From a virus, in the IMG/VR virus record IMGVR_UViG_3300045988_113168: a stretch of 64,000 bases of DNA; one strand, written 5' to 3'. Shown here piece after piece: positions 9,677 to 19,522 of this stretch. The position numbers and the translations under genes were made by a program. Under the pieces are notes generated by a model. The model ran no database searches. It was not told the origin of the DNA and worked only from the letters and a program-made list of their open reading frames with translations. Each line of letters starts with the position of its first letter. Position 1 is the stretch's first letter.

Positions 9677-10153
9677 TCAAGCAACAGTCTTTGCCTCGGG
9701 CAGCACACTGATCATAATCAGCTTATGGCCATTGTCATCCATCACACCAGCAAACTCAAAACGAGAAGTACCAGTAGTAGCAACCTGCCACTTACCGTCG
9801 GTATTAACCTCCAGCAGCTTGCCGATATTAGTGTCCTGTGCATCAGCAGTCTTGTACTGGTCAGTACCATACAGTTCGCCAGCATACAGAGGAACGCGCT
9901 TCACCAGCACACCTGCCTCAATCTTGGTGACCATCTTATCATAGTCATCAAAATTAGTCTGGCTTGCATAGATGCCCTCGGGAATAAACTCATGGGCAAC
10001 CATCTCGATGCCCTCAGCGGTAGCTGCATCAGGGAACTTAACCTGACCAGCCTTGTGGTCAACCTGAACACCCATACCGGTGACCATAGCGACCTTTGCG
10101 GCATAGTTAGCGGGAATATTCTTCGCGCCGTTCACCATCAGTTCACGAATCAT
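9677..10153 (-). CDS. putative head decoration-like protein
   Basis: 158 aa from ATG after GAAAGGA; sits between scaffold and capsid genes (lambda D-like position); function by synteny only. Confidence 0.35.
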   Translation of the reverse strand: MIRELMVNGAKNIPANYAAKVAMVTGMGVQVDHKAGQVKFPDAATAEGIEMVAHEFIPEGIYASQTNFDDYDKMVTKIEAGVLVKRVPLYAGELYGTDQYKTADAQDTNIGKLLEVNTDGKWQVATTGTSRFEFAGVMDDNGHKLIMISVLPEAKTVA

Positions 10154-10180
10154 AATATTTTTCCTTTCTCTCAAATGTTA

Positions 10181-11755
10181 TTACTTACCCAAATATTCCC
10201 GCCATGCGTCACGCTTGTTAGCGTTAGTGGTGTTATACTTGGTTTCATTCAAATTCAGCTTGATACTCTCAGGCTTATGTACCTCAGAAGTCTCAATATT
10301 CTTTTCAGCAGGCTTTGCATTCTTAGCGGCTTCAACACAGCGAGAAGCAATCACACCATTGATGCCAGCCTCATCCAGATTCTCAATCATACTTGCAAAT
10401 TCGCCCTCACCGGTCAGTTCAGCCTCAGTAATCATCTTGCTGGAAATAGCATACTGGCGCAGATTTTCCTTTTTCTGTGCAAGCTCGGCCTCCGCCTTTT
10501 CTGCAGCTGCCTTCTCCGCCTGTTCCTTGTACGGAGTCAGCTCCGCAATCTCATCCTTAGCAGACTGCAACTCTGTATTCAGGCTTGCGACAGTCTTGTT
10601 CAGCTCATCAATCTTGGTGTTGACCTGAGAAACAGAAACAGTCAGAGTAATATTCTGCGGCTCACCCAGAGAAACTTCATCACCCTCAACAGTATAAGGG
10701 AACATAATGTAATCCAACTCGTTCATGTAGCCCCACTTCTTGCACCAGATAGTGTGATCTTCAGGGAACATATCGGTCATGTAGTAATCAGAGCTAATCT
10801 TTGACACTGCATCTTCAAGCTTCATATACAGGTCACGACCGGTCAAACTGGAAGTCTCAGTGGTAGACTCCGGCTCTGGCTCACCAGCAGGCTCGGTGCT
10901 GGTTTCAGGCTCAGTCGGGGGAGGGGTTTCACCGCCTTCCTCAGAAGTCTGAACATCAGGCTCTGCCGGAGTGGTGGGCTCGGTGGTAGACTCAGTAGTG
11001 GTCTGTTCTGCCTGCTCAGTCTCGGTTTGATTCTCAACCTGTGCGGCCTGAGTCTCCTTGTCCTTATTCAGTTCCAAATTTTTTGCCTCCTTTTCATTAG
11101 ATTCTATATTTGAAATCTCTTTTGTGTCCTCGATATAGGCATTTGCCAATTCAAGACCAAAATCGGTTTCAGCGACTTCAAGCAGTTTAGAGCACTTATA
11201 TGCCGGTTCAACATTTGCACCAAGCAGACAATGTGCAGTAAACACGCCATCGTCAATAATTTTTGCCATGCGGCCACCCACGATTCCCTTATGAGCTTTT
11301 AGCACATCAATTTCCCAACTGGTATTTAATGTGCCACTCTCAATACGGCGCAGAATCGTCGCACAAGCTTTTGGATATCGCTTCCAGATCTTACAAGAGG
11401 CAACAATAAAGTCGGTATCGTCAATTTTCTCGATACCGACCGATTGAAAGCTACCGAACGCATCAGTGTCAAATTCGGCAGTCTTGTATTCATTGCCGTC
11501 AGCGTCTTTTCTGGTGACGACTTTCATATTGTGACCAGAAAAATCCAGTTCACCCTTTGGAGCTACGACCAACTTACCAACAAGCGGGTTGCCAACCAGT
11601 GTACTCATCCAACTTTCAATGGTTTCACGGTTCAAAGCAACCTGATTTCCATTTACTGAGAAATCACAAATGATAAACTTGGCAAGATAGTGGTCTGGAT
11701 GCTCCGTAATCTCAGAGCAACAGATGTTTCTACTATAGAAATACTCCTTACTCAT
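10181..11755 (-). CDS. putative prohead scaffold / protease-like protein
   Basis: 524 aa between portal and capsid genes; central acidic Thr/Glu/Pro-rich linker and C-terminal coiled coil (AELTPYKEQAEKAAAEKAEAELAQKKE). Confidence 0.45.
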   Translation of the reverse strand: MSKEYFYSRNICCSEITEHPDHYLAKFIICDFSVNGNQVALNRETIESWMSTLVGNPLVGKLVVAPKGELDFSGHNMKVVTRKDADGNEYKTAEFDTDAFGSFQSVGIEKIDDTDFIVASCKIWKRYPKACATILRRIESGTLNTSWEIDVLKAHKGIVGGRMAKIIDDGVFTAHCLLGANVEPAYKCSKLLEVAETDFGLELANAYIEDTKEISNIESNEKEAKNLELNKDKETQAAQVENQTETEQAEQTTTESTTEPTTPAEPDVQTSEEGGETPPPTEPETSTEPAGEPEPESTTETSSLTGRDLYMKLEDAVSKISSDYYMTDMFPEDHTIWCKKWGYMNELDYIMFPYTVEGDEVSLGEPQNITLTVSVSQVNTKIDELNKTVASLNTELQSAKDEIAELTPYKEQAEKAAAEKAEAELAQKKENLRQYAISSKMITEAELTGEGEFASMIENLDEAGINGVIASRCVEAAKNAKPAEKNIETSEVHKPESIKLNLNETKYNTTNANKRDAWREYLGK

Positions 11756-11766
11756 CGTTCATCACC

Positions 11767-13392
11767 TCACTTACTATCTTCATTTCTTTGCTGGTCATAA
11801 ATCTGTTTTTCAGTTTCCTCGCCCTTTGGACGGCCTGTCTTTTTATCACTGTCACCACCGCCTGGATTCCCAGTCGATGTATAAGAGGTCTGGCGAGCCA
11901 CAAACACATCGTCATAACCTTCCTCAGTTTCAGCCTGACGCTTGCGTAGTTCGTCCTCAGCATGAAGTCCCATGTACTCGTAAGCAGTCTTGTAAGAACA
12001 GTTCAAAGTGGTAAACAGGAACTGAGCAATCGCCTTCTTCATCTCCATACCCATCATTTCAGTAGTAGAGACCTTCACATCAGGGCAGTACATCGGGTCT
12101 ACACCTGCATCTTCAAGGCGAATACGATACCATCGCTTTAATACATCTTCAATCTGTTCTGCAATCTTACCGATATTTTTCATCAGCTGGTCAAGAGACA
12201 CCTTTGCAGTTGAAACAGTCTGTTGACCATCAGTATTCAAGAAACTAATACCCAAAGCAGCCATTTCTCGATTGCGATACTGTTTGACAGTCTCGATATT
12301 TGTCATCTCAACTTTTGGTTCAACATACTTGATATCCTTAACATAGGGAGCGGTCGTCACAAGCACGGTATTTTGCTTCCATGCACGTAGCAAATTGTCG
12401 TGTGCCGTCACCTGTTCAGAGAAGCCCTTTTTATCGTTATTTGGGCCCATCAATGCAGGATCAAGCTGTTGCCAGATGATTTTCTTTGCCTTTGCCTTAG
12501 CATTTACACGGTCTGAAGTATCAAAAGTCTCAAGCATCAATGCAGGACGTAAGGCGCGGAATAGGGGAGAGACACCATATTTCTGCCCCATATTGCCAAT
12601 ACGAATCACACCACAATGGTCAACATCCAATTTTGCATAGGTGTCACCATTCTTAAACGCTTGATACACCTCATCTGGATAGTTGTTTTGAATCTCAGTC
12701 TCCTGATTTTCAAAGAATAGTGCCTTATTCTTCTTGTCCTTCAGCATGGATTTGCTCAAAGCGGACTTCAATTTAGACATATTGATAAGCACAACAGGCT
12801 GTCCATTTGACAAATAATCACTGATTTCAGCAATACCAAGAGGGTAGTAGTCTACAATATAATTCTCATCTTTCTGGCGCAGATATGTAATGTAAGTGCC
12901 CTCGGCGTAAGTCATCGGAATGGCAGTACGCAACAGGCTTCGCACATTGATTTGTGTATTGAAATCATCAATCACTTCACGGGCATAGTTTACCTGTTTA
13001 GTTTTATTACGCTGTTCAGGGAACTGTGCGAAACTGCATTTGAACTCCGTATTAACATTCGCCTCAATCGCATCATAAGTAATGCCAATTAGGTCATCTT
13101 TATTGATGTAATTACGGATGATTCCATTGACCGTCTGCACATTCGTCAGGCTCGACTGTAACCCTCGCGCGAGCTCATCAATTCGGTCAACCGTCAGTGT
13201 CTCAGAGGAGGCTGAAATTTTCAGGTATGTACTATATTGCTTATTTTCTGGATCATATGACGCAACTGCATTTCGAATGACGTTGTTCATCCTCTCTTCT
13301 GAAAGTTCACTCAAAGAGGTTATAACAACAGTACCATCATCTGTCTGTGAAGCAGTCACGACATCAAAATCTTCCTTTTTCTTTCTTGCCAC
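11767..13392 (-). CDS. portal protein
   Basis: 541 aa immediately downstream of the large terminase; GTG start after GGAGGTG; call rests on size and synteny. Confidence 0.65.
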   Translation of the reverse strand: MARKKKEDFDVVTASQTDDGTVVITSLSELSEERMNNVIRNAVASYDPENKQYSTYLKISASSETLTVDRIDELARGLQSSLTNVQTVNGIIRNYINKDDLIGITYDAIEANVNTEFKCSFAQFPEQRNKTKQVNYAREVIDDFNTQINVRSLLRTAIPMTYAEGTYITYLRQKDENYIVDYYPLGIAEISDYLSNGQPVVLINMSKLKSALSKSMLKDKKNKALFFENQETEIQNNYPDEVYQAFKNGDTYAKLDVDHCGVIRIGNMGQKYGVSPLFRALRPALMLETFDTSDRVNAKAKAKKIIWQQLDPALMGPNNDKKGFSEQVTAHDNLLRAWKQNTVLVTTAPYVKDIKYVEPKVEMTNIETVKQYRNREMAALGISFLNTDGQQTVSTAKVSLDQLMKNIGKIAEQIEDVLKRWYRIRLEDAGVDPMYCPDVKVSTTEMMGMEMKKAIAQFLFTTLNCSYKTAYEYMGLHAEDELRKRQAETEEGYDDVFVARQTSYTSTGNPGGGDSDKKTGRPKGEETEKQIYDQQRNEDSK

Positions 13393-13409
13393 ATTTTCAC
13401 CTCCTCTGC

Positions 13410-15260
13410 TTAGAAGTCAATATTAGAAATACAAATTGGCGGTGCAGTCATTACCTCCACCGCAGACTGGCGCACTTTATCCTTACGACGTAATTCATAT
13501 AGACGATGAGCAAGCAAGATCGCAACATAGAACCTATCATCGTGGATTTTGTTGGCAACATCGGGCGCTAAAGCATACGTTACAGTCGTGTTTTCAGAGT
13601 TTGTCGTTTTCTGAATACTTGTAATCTCGTTCTTCATCAAGTCGATGTTAACCCACGCAGTTTGTTCTTCTAAAGTAAGTTCATGCGTCTTCAAAATTTC
13701 TTGACCAGTTGATTTATCCACGCCGTCTACTACCTGAACGTAATCTCCGCCGTTATATTCAAGAGGGAAGTGAATGACGCCAAGATTCATCAACTCAATA
13801 AATTCCTCAACCATGGCAGTACGGAATTTACGAGGACTAATTAGACGTAGCTTATCAACAGCATCTGGGTAACGGGCATCATATCCTTCATATAATTCAT
13901 GATTTGCGTCGATAAAACCACGATGTTCCGCACCTGTTTTATCGGTCCAATTATTAAGCAAACCGTCCGCATATGTGGAAGTACCACCGCCGCCAGCGCC
14001 TTGGTCAATCATCAATCTATCAATGTACTCGTAATCAGGATTTTGACCATTGTAATGTAGAATCAACTCATGTAACTGCTCAAGCTGACGATTAGAATCG
14101 AGCTTGAATTTTTTCTCATTTGCAATATCAACCATGTTCACGCAGTTGATAATATCTCCACACATGCCATTTTCTGGATCGTTATAAATACGCATAACAC
14201 CAACAATAGAATTATCCATTGTGCGGGCAGGATCAAACGCAAGAATATACTGATAGTTCTTATCCCAATAAAGCTGTGGGATATACTTTCGCTCATTGCG
14301 ACGAACTGTGCCCCATTTGATAATCTGGTTTACGCCACCATCACGGCTTGGGCGATTATAATATTCACGCAACGCCTTCATTTTATTTGACTTTAGAGCG
14401 GCTTCCACTTTGTCTCTTGTCAACAAAGCCTTGTATGGTTTACCATTCATATAGACCTGAATTGCAACATCGCAAATCATGTCGCAAACAAAATAATCAC
14501 GGTCACCGGCGATCATACGTTTTGCAAAGTTTTTGTAATAACGATAGAATAGTTTATCCATTGTATCCTGACTCGAAGCATACACAAGTTGTGTAGGAAC
14601 CTTGCGAGGCTGAGTTTCAGGATTATAAGAATCATCCGTATCAGTCACGAAGTCAGTATTCTGAGTGGCAAAAGCTTCACAGACAACAATCAGTTCGTCA
14701 GAGCAAAACGCAGCCTCGTCAAAAAACACAAGAGTTGCACGACGGGATCGGTTGGAATCCGGGTTGGAGTTTAGCGTGTTAATGGAGCTACCGTTGTAAA
14801 ACTCAACAACATACCCGGCGGGATTATGACTAAAGCCACTCTTATTGGTTGCAGACTTTTTCGTTTCTTTCTCTGCAATATCTTGCAGACTACGGATAGA
14901 CGCAGCTGTTTTACCAACACGAGTGACAATTTCTTCGATTTTATTAAAAGTTTCCTTACTCTGATCACCAACGCTACTTACGATGTAAATAGCTTGGTTT
15001 TCATACAACATAGCCTTCAGTAGAATAAAAACAGAACCTACAAAAGACTTACCAAAATTTCGACTACACGCCCAAAGAACATGACTTGCATTCCAGCTTT
15101 GTTCCAGCATATATGCCTGAGCGTCAAATAGTTGGATACCCAATAAATCTCTGGCCGCAATAACAGGATTACGCCGATAGAACGCAATCGTTGCCGCATC
15201 ACACTCATAAATCTTACGTTTTACGGCTGTGATAATAGGCGCTCTTTGCTTCATTCTCAT
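13410..15260 (-). CDS. terL: terminase large subunit
   Basis: 616 aa; Walker A-like SRNFGKSF, Walker B LVFFDEAAF, C-terminal nuclease-size domain; followed by portal. Confidence 0.8.
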   Translation of the reverse strand: MRMKQRAPIITAVKRKIYECDAATIAFYRRNPVIAARDLLGIQLFDAQAYMLEQSWNASHVLWACSRNFGKSFVGSVFILLKAMLYENQAIYIVSSVGDQSKETFNKIEEIVTRVGKTAASIRSLQDIAEKETKKSATNKSGFSHNPAGYVVEFYNGSSINTLNSNPDSNRSRRATLVFFDEAAFCSDELIVVCEAFATQNTDFVTDTDDSYNPETQPRKVPTQLVYASSQDTMDKLFYRYYKNFAKRMIAGDRDYFVCDMICDVAIQVYMNGKPYKALLTRDKVEAALKSNKMKALREYYNRPSRDGGVNQIIKWGTVRRNERKYIPQLYWDKNYQYILAFDPARTMDNSIVGVMRIYNDPENGMCGDIINCVNMVDIANEKKFKLDSNRQLEQLHELILHYNGQNPDYEYIDRLMIDQGAGGGGTSTYADGLLNNWTDKTGAEHRGFIDANHELYEGYDARYPDAVDKLRLISPRKFRTAMVEEFIELMNLGVIHFPLEYNGGDYVQVVDGVDKSTGQEILKTHELTLEEQTAWVNIDLMKNEITSIQKTTNSENTTVTYALAPDVANKIHDDRFYVAILLAHRLYELRRKDKVRQSAVEVMTAPPICISNIDF

Positions 15261-16378
15261 ACGGCATCACCATCCGTATCTTTTACGCTTGCGTCAATAC
15301 CGGCATCTTCCAACAGCTCCTTGAGCCGCTGATTCTCGATAAGAGACAGCCTGTATTTTTCCTTAGCGTCATCACTTTCTTTCTGGAACTTATCAATCAG
15401 TTCTCTTTGCGTATCGAAAATTTCCTGCATGTCATTTTCGTCAAAGAAAGCATTTTCCTTAATTGCCTTAACACTCATATCTGCCGCCCATTGAGTGCCC
15501 GGAGACCGTAACTGGTCGTAGAAGTTTGCTTCTGCGCCTGCAATATTTTTCTCTCGCATATCCTTCATTAAGAAGGTGAGAGTATTGCGTCCGGCATCCT
15601 TATTGGAACGGTTCTTGACAGAAATCTCATTTTCCTTTGCAATCTTGTCGTTATTAGAAACTAGCTTAACCTTGATATCATTCAGGCTCTTGATAGTGTC
15701 TGCTGAATTCATCGGGTCAAGCTGGGCAAGTCTGAAATCAATCTTACGAATCTGGCCGTTGTTGATGACAACCTGAATAATCTGAGATAGCTTATAAGGA
15801 TCGTCCTCAATACCATCTTCAAAATATTTGATAAGGTCACTAAACAAATAACGTCGGTCGTTTTCAGAGTGTCCTTCAAACGGGTCGTATCCGACAACCG
15901 AAATAACATCATCACGAGCTTGAATTTCAGCCTTTGACCATTTTTGTTCTTTTTCATCTCGAACATCCAGAGCATTCTTATTCAATTCACCATTTGTAAG
16001 AACGGTTGCAAATGTCTGGAATTGATACTGCCGACACGAGAGAGCCCTGGCGTACATTCCTGGTTTGCAAGAGCCGGAATTCTGCACAATAGAATCATAA
16101 AGACTGTTATAGAATGGAAAATCCAACATATGACAGAGAATCATACATGCTGTACGTTCACTCTCATATCGTTTCGTGTACTCATCGAATAATTCATTAA
16201 CACATTCCTTACAAAGAGTAGAGAACCCACCTCGATTTTTAAATAATTGAGAAAAACTATTTTTATAAAAATGTCCAGTGGGAGCTTCGTATGAGTGCTC
16301 ACAACGAGTACATTCCCATTTTTCCTTGGTAGGTATAGATGCCTCGACGGAATCTAATACCTTTTTCTTTCTCGGCAT
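15257..16378 (-). CDS. putative terminase small subunit / DNA-packaging accessory protein
   Basis: 373 aa from ATG after GGAGGTG (longer track ORF has no SD); CTRCEH...CKEC zinc motif; overlaps terL start. Confidence 0.4.
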   Translation of the reverse strand: MPRKKKVLDSVEASIPTKEKWECTRCEHSYEAPTGHFYKNSFSQLFKNRGGFSTLCKECVNELFDEYTKRYESERTACMILCHMLDFPFYNSLYDSIVQNSGSCKPGMYARALSCRQYQFQTFATVLTNGELNKNALDVRDEKEQKWSKAEIQARDDVISVVGYDPFEGHSENDRRYLFSDLIKYFEDGIEDDPYKLSQIIQVVINNGQIRKIDFRLAQLDPMNSADTIKSLNDIKVKLVSNNDKIAKENEISVKNRSNKDAGRNTLTFLMKDMREKNIAGAEANFYDQLRSPGTQWAADMSVKAIKENAFFDENDMQEIFDTQRELIDKFQKESDDAKEKYRLSLIENQRLKELLEDAGIDASVKDTDGDAV

Positions 16379-16660
16379 CAATACACCTCCAATCAAAATC
16401 AAAAATAAAAGCCGTAGAACGTGCGCACATTCCACGGCAAACAAAAGACACCCTCTAATGTGCTTGCGTAGCAGAGGCCAAGGGTGTTTCATTCACAAAA
16501 GACCCACCATGATACGCATCGTTGAGAGGCTTAGTGGGCTCAGGCGGCTCCGCCATTGTACGCTTCCATGAGAAGCGCGGCGGAGTCTTCATCATCTATA
16601 TAGGTTTGCTACGTCAACGACGTATCGCGCCCTGCTACCGAAGTGGCATAATAATCAATC

Positions 16661-16703
16661 AAAAACCTGAGTTATGGAGGGAGTAGTAAAGCCACAACTC
16701 AGG
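16661..16703 (-). terminator. terminator after leftward tRNA cluster
   Basis: minus-sense CCTGAGTT-22 nt loop-AACTCAGG then TTTTT. Confidence 0.5.
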
Positions 16704-16723
16704 CTTGCGAAAGGGGAGAATGC

Positions 16724-16799
16724 TGGCACGCCCACTCCGATTCGGACAGAGAACAAATGGTTTTAGAGACCACTGCTTTACCAATTAAGCTACGGGCGC
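16724..16799 (-). tRNA. suppressor tRNA, anticodon CUA (reads UAG), tRNA-Trp-like body, CCA encoded
   Basis: GCGCCCG-UA-GCUU-AAUUGGUA-AAGC-A-GUGGU-CUCUAAA-ACCAU-UUGUU-CUCUG-UCCGAAU-CGGAG-UGGGCGU-G-CCA. The 7-nt loop has U33 and A37, so positions 34-36 = CUA. Confidence 0.75.
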
Positions 16800-16820
16800 A
16801 TAAATATATCAGCATACAGG

Positions 16821-16900
16821 TGGGTGCAGCGGTTGGATTTGAACCAACGAATACACGGCTTATGAGGCCGGTGCCGTAGACCTGACTGGGCAACGCTGCG
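16821..16900 (-). tRNA. tRNA-Met (CAU), possibly initiator-like
   Basis: cloverleaf with loop CUCAUAA, T-loop UUCAAAU, encoded CCA; C1 x A72 mismatch is reminiscent of bacterial initiator tRNA. Confidence 0.65.
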
Positions 16901-17008
16901 TCATATGGTGCCTAAGTGTCTCAAGAAATAGAAAGTCATGTGTACATCATGATTCTAAAACCCAGACTTCGGACTTGCTATATGTCGCGCTCATATAGCC
17001 ATTTTCTT

Positions 17009-17116
17009 CGAGCTTGACAGGATTCGAACCTGCGCTGTATCCACGAATAAGCAATCTCGCTTCGTGCAGATGTCTGCTACCATCCGCTACGTTCAACCTC
17101 TTCGCATTACAAGCTC
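17009..17116 (-). ncRNA. atypical 108-nt tRNA-like RNA
   Basis: perfect 7-bp acceptor GAGCUUG/CAAGCUC, Ser-like D-arm (GCG-AAGAGGUUGAA-CGU) and canonical T-arm GCAGG-UUCGAAU-CCUGU. Two hairpins replace a standard anticodon arm. Confidence 0.4.
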
Positions 17117-17183
17117 ACAATAAAACCTACCTTTTAGCCGGTGGTAGGGAACCGGTATAATATAGGCCCTCCGGGAGAAGGAC

Positions 17184-17275
17184 TGGCGCGGTCTCAGAGA
17201 TTCGAACTCTGGCATCGGATTTACCGACCTAACGGTGTTCAAGACCGTTCTCTTCAACCACTTGAGTAAGACCGC
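17184..17275 (-). tRNA. tRNA-Ser (UGA), class II, CCA encoded
   Basis: GCGGUCU acceptor, loop CUUGAAC, long variable arm, T-loop UUCGAAU. Confidence 0.75.
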
Positions 17276-17387
17276 ACAATAAAAACAAGCATCCATCAAG
17301 CCACCCGAGCTAGTTGAATTGTTCTCGTGTTGATAAAACGCTTGTTTTAAACTTTAATGGTCCGCACTTACGGTGGCGGAACACCAA

Positions 17388-17461
17388 TGCCAGAGGTCGG
17401 GTACGATCCGACAGTCTGCTGATTACAGGTCAGCTGCATTATCCATTTATGCTACCCTGGC
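17388..17461 (-). tRNA. tRNA-Thr (UGU) with unusual loops
   Basis: GCCAGGG acceptor, anticodon loop CCUGUAA (C33), T-loop AUCGUAC (A54/U58 swap). Confidence 0.6.
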
Positions 17462-17489
17462 AAATAACCCGTAGACACTAGCCTACGGG
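17461..17489 (-). terminator. hairpin + U-tract upstream of tRNA-Thr (terminator or processing site)
   Basis: minus-sense CCCGTAG-gctagtgt-CTACGGG then TTATTTG. Confidence 0.45.
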
Positions 17490-17584
17490 CATAGAAAAGG
17501 AGACAATAAATGATGTCCCAAGCAGACCTTGCGGTCGTACTTCTTTTTTAATTACCCATTTAAATTGGTAGGGTCTCACCGTTT

Positions 17585-18580
17585 TTAATTCAAACGCACA
17601 ATATGCGTTTTACTCTCAATCAGCTTTCCATCCTTGTCCTGATAGACAACAATAAAACCCTCTCGCTGCGGAGTGGTTAGTTTACCGTCTGCATACTCCA
17701 TTTTTGAAGTATCACAACAACAGCCCTGCTCGTATAGATTGTACTTTCCAACAGAATAAGAGCCGACACGATGTACATGACTCATAACCAGCGAATCAAA
17801 ATCAAGTCCAATATCCTGAAAATAGCGTAGTGCTTTTTCGCTTGTTTTCAAAATTCCAGATGAGAATGCCATAGGATGACACAGAACAGTGCTTCCTATC
17901 TGGCTGTACCAACTGTCGTTGTAAATGATTTCAATATCTTCTGCACCAAACACCTCAATCAAAGGGTCATAATGAACCTTTGTATGAAGTTCCTTGTTAT
18001 AATGGTTAAATCCATCAACAAGAATCAATTCAAGTGCTGTCTTTGGCATCAAGGCAAGTAAATCCTCATCAATGTTCTTGGCAAGATAATTCTGAAAACG
18101 AATATCATGATTGCCGTAATTAACAACAACCTTCTTGGGTTGAAGCATTTCAATCAAGTCAATCAGATACTGTCTTGCCAACAAAATTTCATCCATTGGA
18201 CTTTGCCGATACACACGCGAAAAACGCGACAGGGCAGCGGCATCTACGCAATCTCCGTTTACCTGAAGAATATCAATCTTACCAGCGTACTCACTAAAAG
18301 TATCAATTGGCTTCTGAAATGGAATATGTAGGTCTGAAATGGACAGAATACAAGTACCTACATCTCTATTGGACAAGGATTCCTGATACTGCATACCCGC
18401 ACGGAATGCCTTAAAACGCTTGCGATATGCGCACTCACCAAAATTCTTGCCCAATTCATCGTTAAGCACTTTTGCTGCGCCATCCCAAGTCAATTCTCTA
18501 GCCAGAACAGCATTCCCGATTCTTACAAAGAAGTCATCGCTCGTTTCTTCTGGCCGTTTGTTATAGCAACCCATTGGCAT
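17585..18580 (-). CDS. calcineurin-like metallophosphoesterase
   Basis: 331 aa; ISDLHIP, NGDCVD, YGNHD, SHVH motifs. Confidence 0.75.
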   Translation of the reverse strand: MPMGCYNKRPEETSDDFFVRIGNAVLARELTWDGAAKVLNDELGKNFGECAYRKRFKAFRAGMQYQESLSNRDVGTCILSISDLHIPFQKPIDTFSEYAGKIDILQVNGDCVDAAALSRFSRVYRQSPMDEILLARQYLIDLIEMLQPKKVVVNYGNHDIRFQNYLAKNIDEDLLALMPKTALELILVDGFNHYNKELHTKVHYDPLIEVFGAEDIEIIYNDSWYSQIGSTVLCHPMAFSSGILKTSEKALRYFQDIGLDFDSLVMSHVHRVGSYSVGKYNLYEQGCCCDTSKMEYADGKLTTPQREGFIVVYQDKDGKLIESKTHIVRLN

Positions 18581-18768
18581 CAGGCGGGGTCGCCAAGCAG
18601 CTCATCAGAAGTGGAAATATTGATAGTGACACCCTCAATACCATCCCACTTTGCCAGAGCTTCCTTCAGATTAAAGACGTTCTCACCGTCCTTGGTAATT
18701 TCGGTGATGGTGCCCTCAACAGTATCAATAATAGCGTTCTTAAAAACAACACTCTTCTTAGTAACCAT
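18580..18768 (-). CDS. hypothetical protein
   Basis: 62 aa, SD AAGGGAGA. Confidence 0.55.
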   Translation of the reverse strand: MVTKKSVVFKNAIIDTVEGTITEITKDGENVFNLKEALAKWDGIEGVTINISTSDELLGDPA

Positions 18769-18794
18769 AATTTTATTCTCCCTTATATTTTATT

Positions 18795-19508
18795 TCAAAA
18801 TTCCAGCATATCAGCCCACTGACTAATCCATCCTCGATGGTTCGTTGTCAGTTCGCAAATTGCAGTCCTATCATGTCCACGAAAATGTTCAAGATAAACT
18901 TCAAAGCCTGAGTTTTCAGGATGCTTGTATAGATCACACTGTCCTGCATGACCGATACAGATCACCTTACAGTTCGATTTTGCTCTCGTAAGAACCTTCT
19001 TTAGATCGGAATTGTACATATTCTGCGTTTCGTCGGTCAAAATTACCTTGTTATCGAAGTTTATTCCTCGCATATAGGTATGAGTTGCAGCTTGAATATA
19101 CGCACCATACTTCTCACTTTCAGGATTATCCTCACTCTGGATAACCCTATCAGGATTTACACCAATGGTTTTTAAAGCTTCATATAGAGGTTCCATATAC
19201 GGAGCACTTTTTTGCTCCTGAGTTCCCGGAAGATAGCCCTGCTTTTCCTCCTGAGTGGGAGATACAATATAGACAATACCATCATACAGACCGTATTGCA
19301 CAAGCAAATTCGCTACGCCTACAGCGATAGTGGTTTTGCCAGTACCAGCACGGGCATTGCAGAAAACAACATCAATATTTGGGTCCCAAATACTGTCACG
19401 ATACACCTTCTGCTTCTCATCGAGCTCCATTCCATAAAAACTTGAGTAAACATCCAAACTTTGCGGAATATCCTTCTTCTTACGCATTTCAGTCTTATCA
19501 GAAGCCAT
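18795..19508 (-). CDS. phoH: PhoH-like ATPase
   Basis: 237 aa; Walker A ARAGTGKTT, Walker B ILTDETQN. Confidence 0.75.
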   Translation of the reverse strand: MASDKTEMRKKKDIPQSLDVYSSFYGMELDEKQKVYRDSIWDPNIDVVFCNARAGTGKTTIAVGVANLLVQYGLYDGIVYIVSPTQEEKQGYLPGTQEQKSAPYMEPLYEALKTIGVNPDRVIQSEDNPESEKYGAYIQAATHTYMRGINFDNKVILTDETQNMYNSDLKKVLTRAKSNCKVICIGHAGQCDLYKHPENSGFEVYLEHFRGHDRTAICELTTNHRGWISQWADMLEF

Positions 19509-19522
19509 ATATTTACTCTCCC

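Noticed and set aside
9221-10804. 527-aa plus-strand ORF across the capsid/scaffold genes
   Set aside because: It is an antisense shadow of well-supported minus-strand structural genes. It is Leu/Ser/Ile-rich and has no SD.
10840-11040. Thr/Glu/Pro-rich repetitive coding stretch as a possible tandem-repeat element
   Set aside because: It is an in-frame low-complexity linker inside the scaffold-like protein, not an independent DNA repeat.
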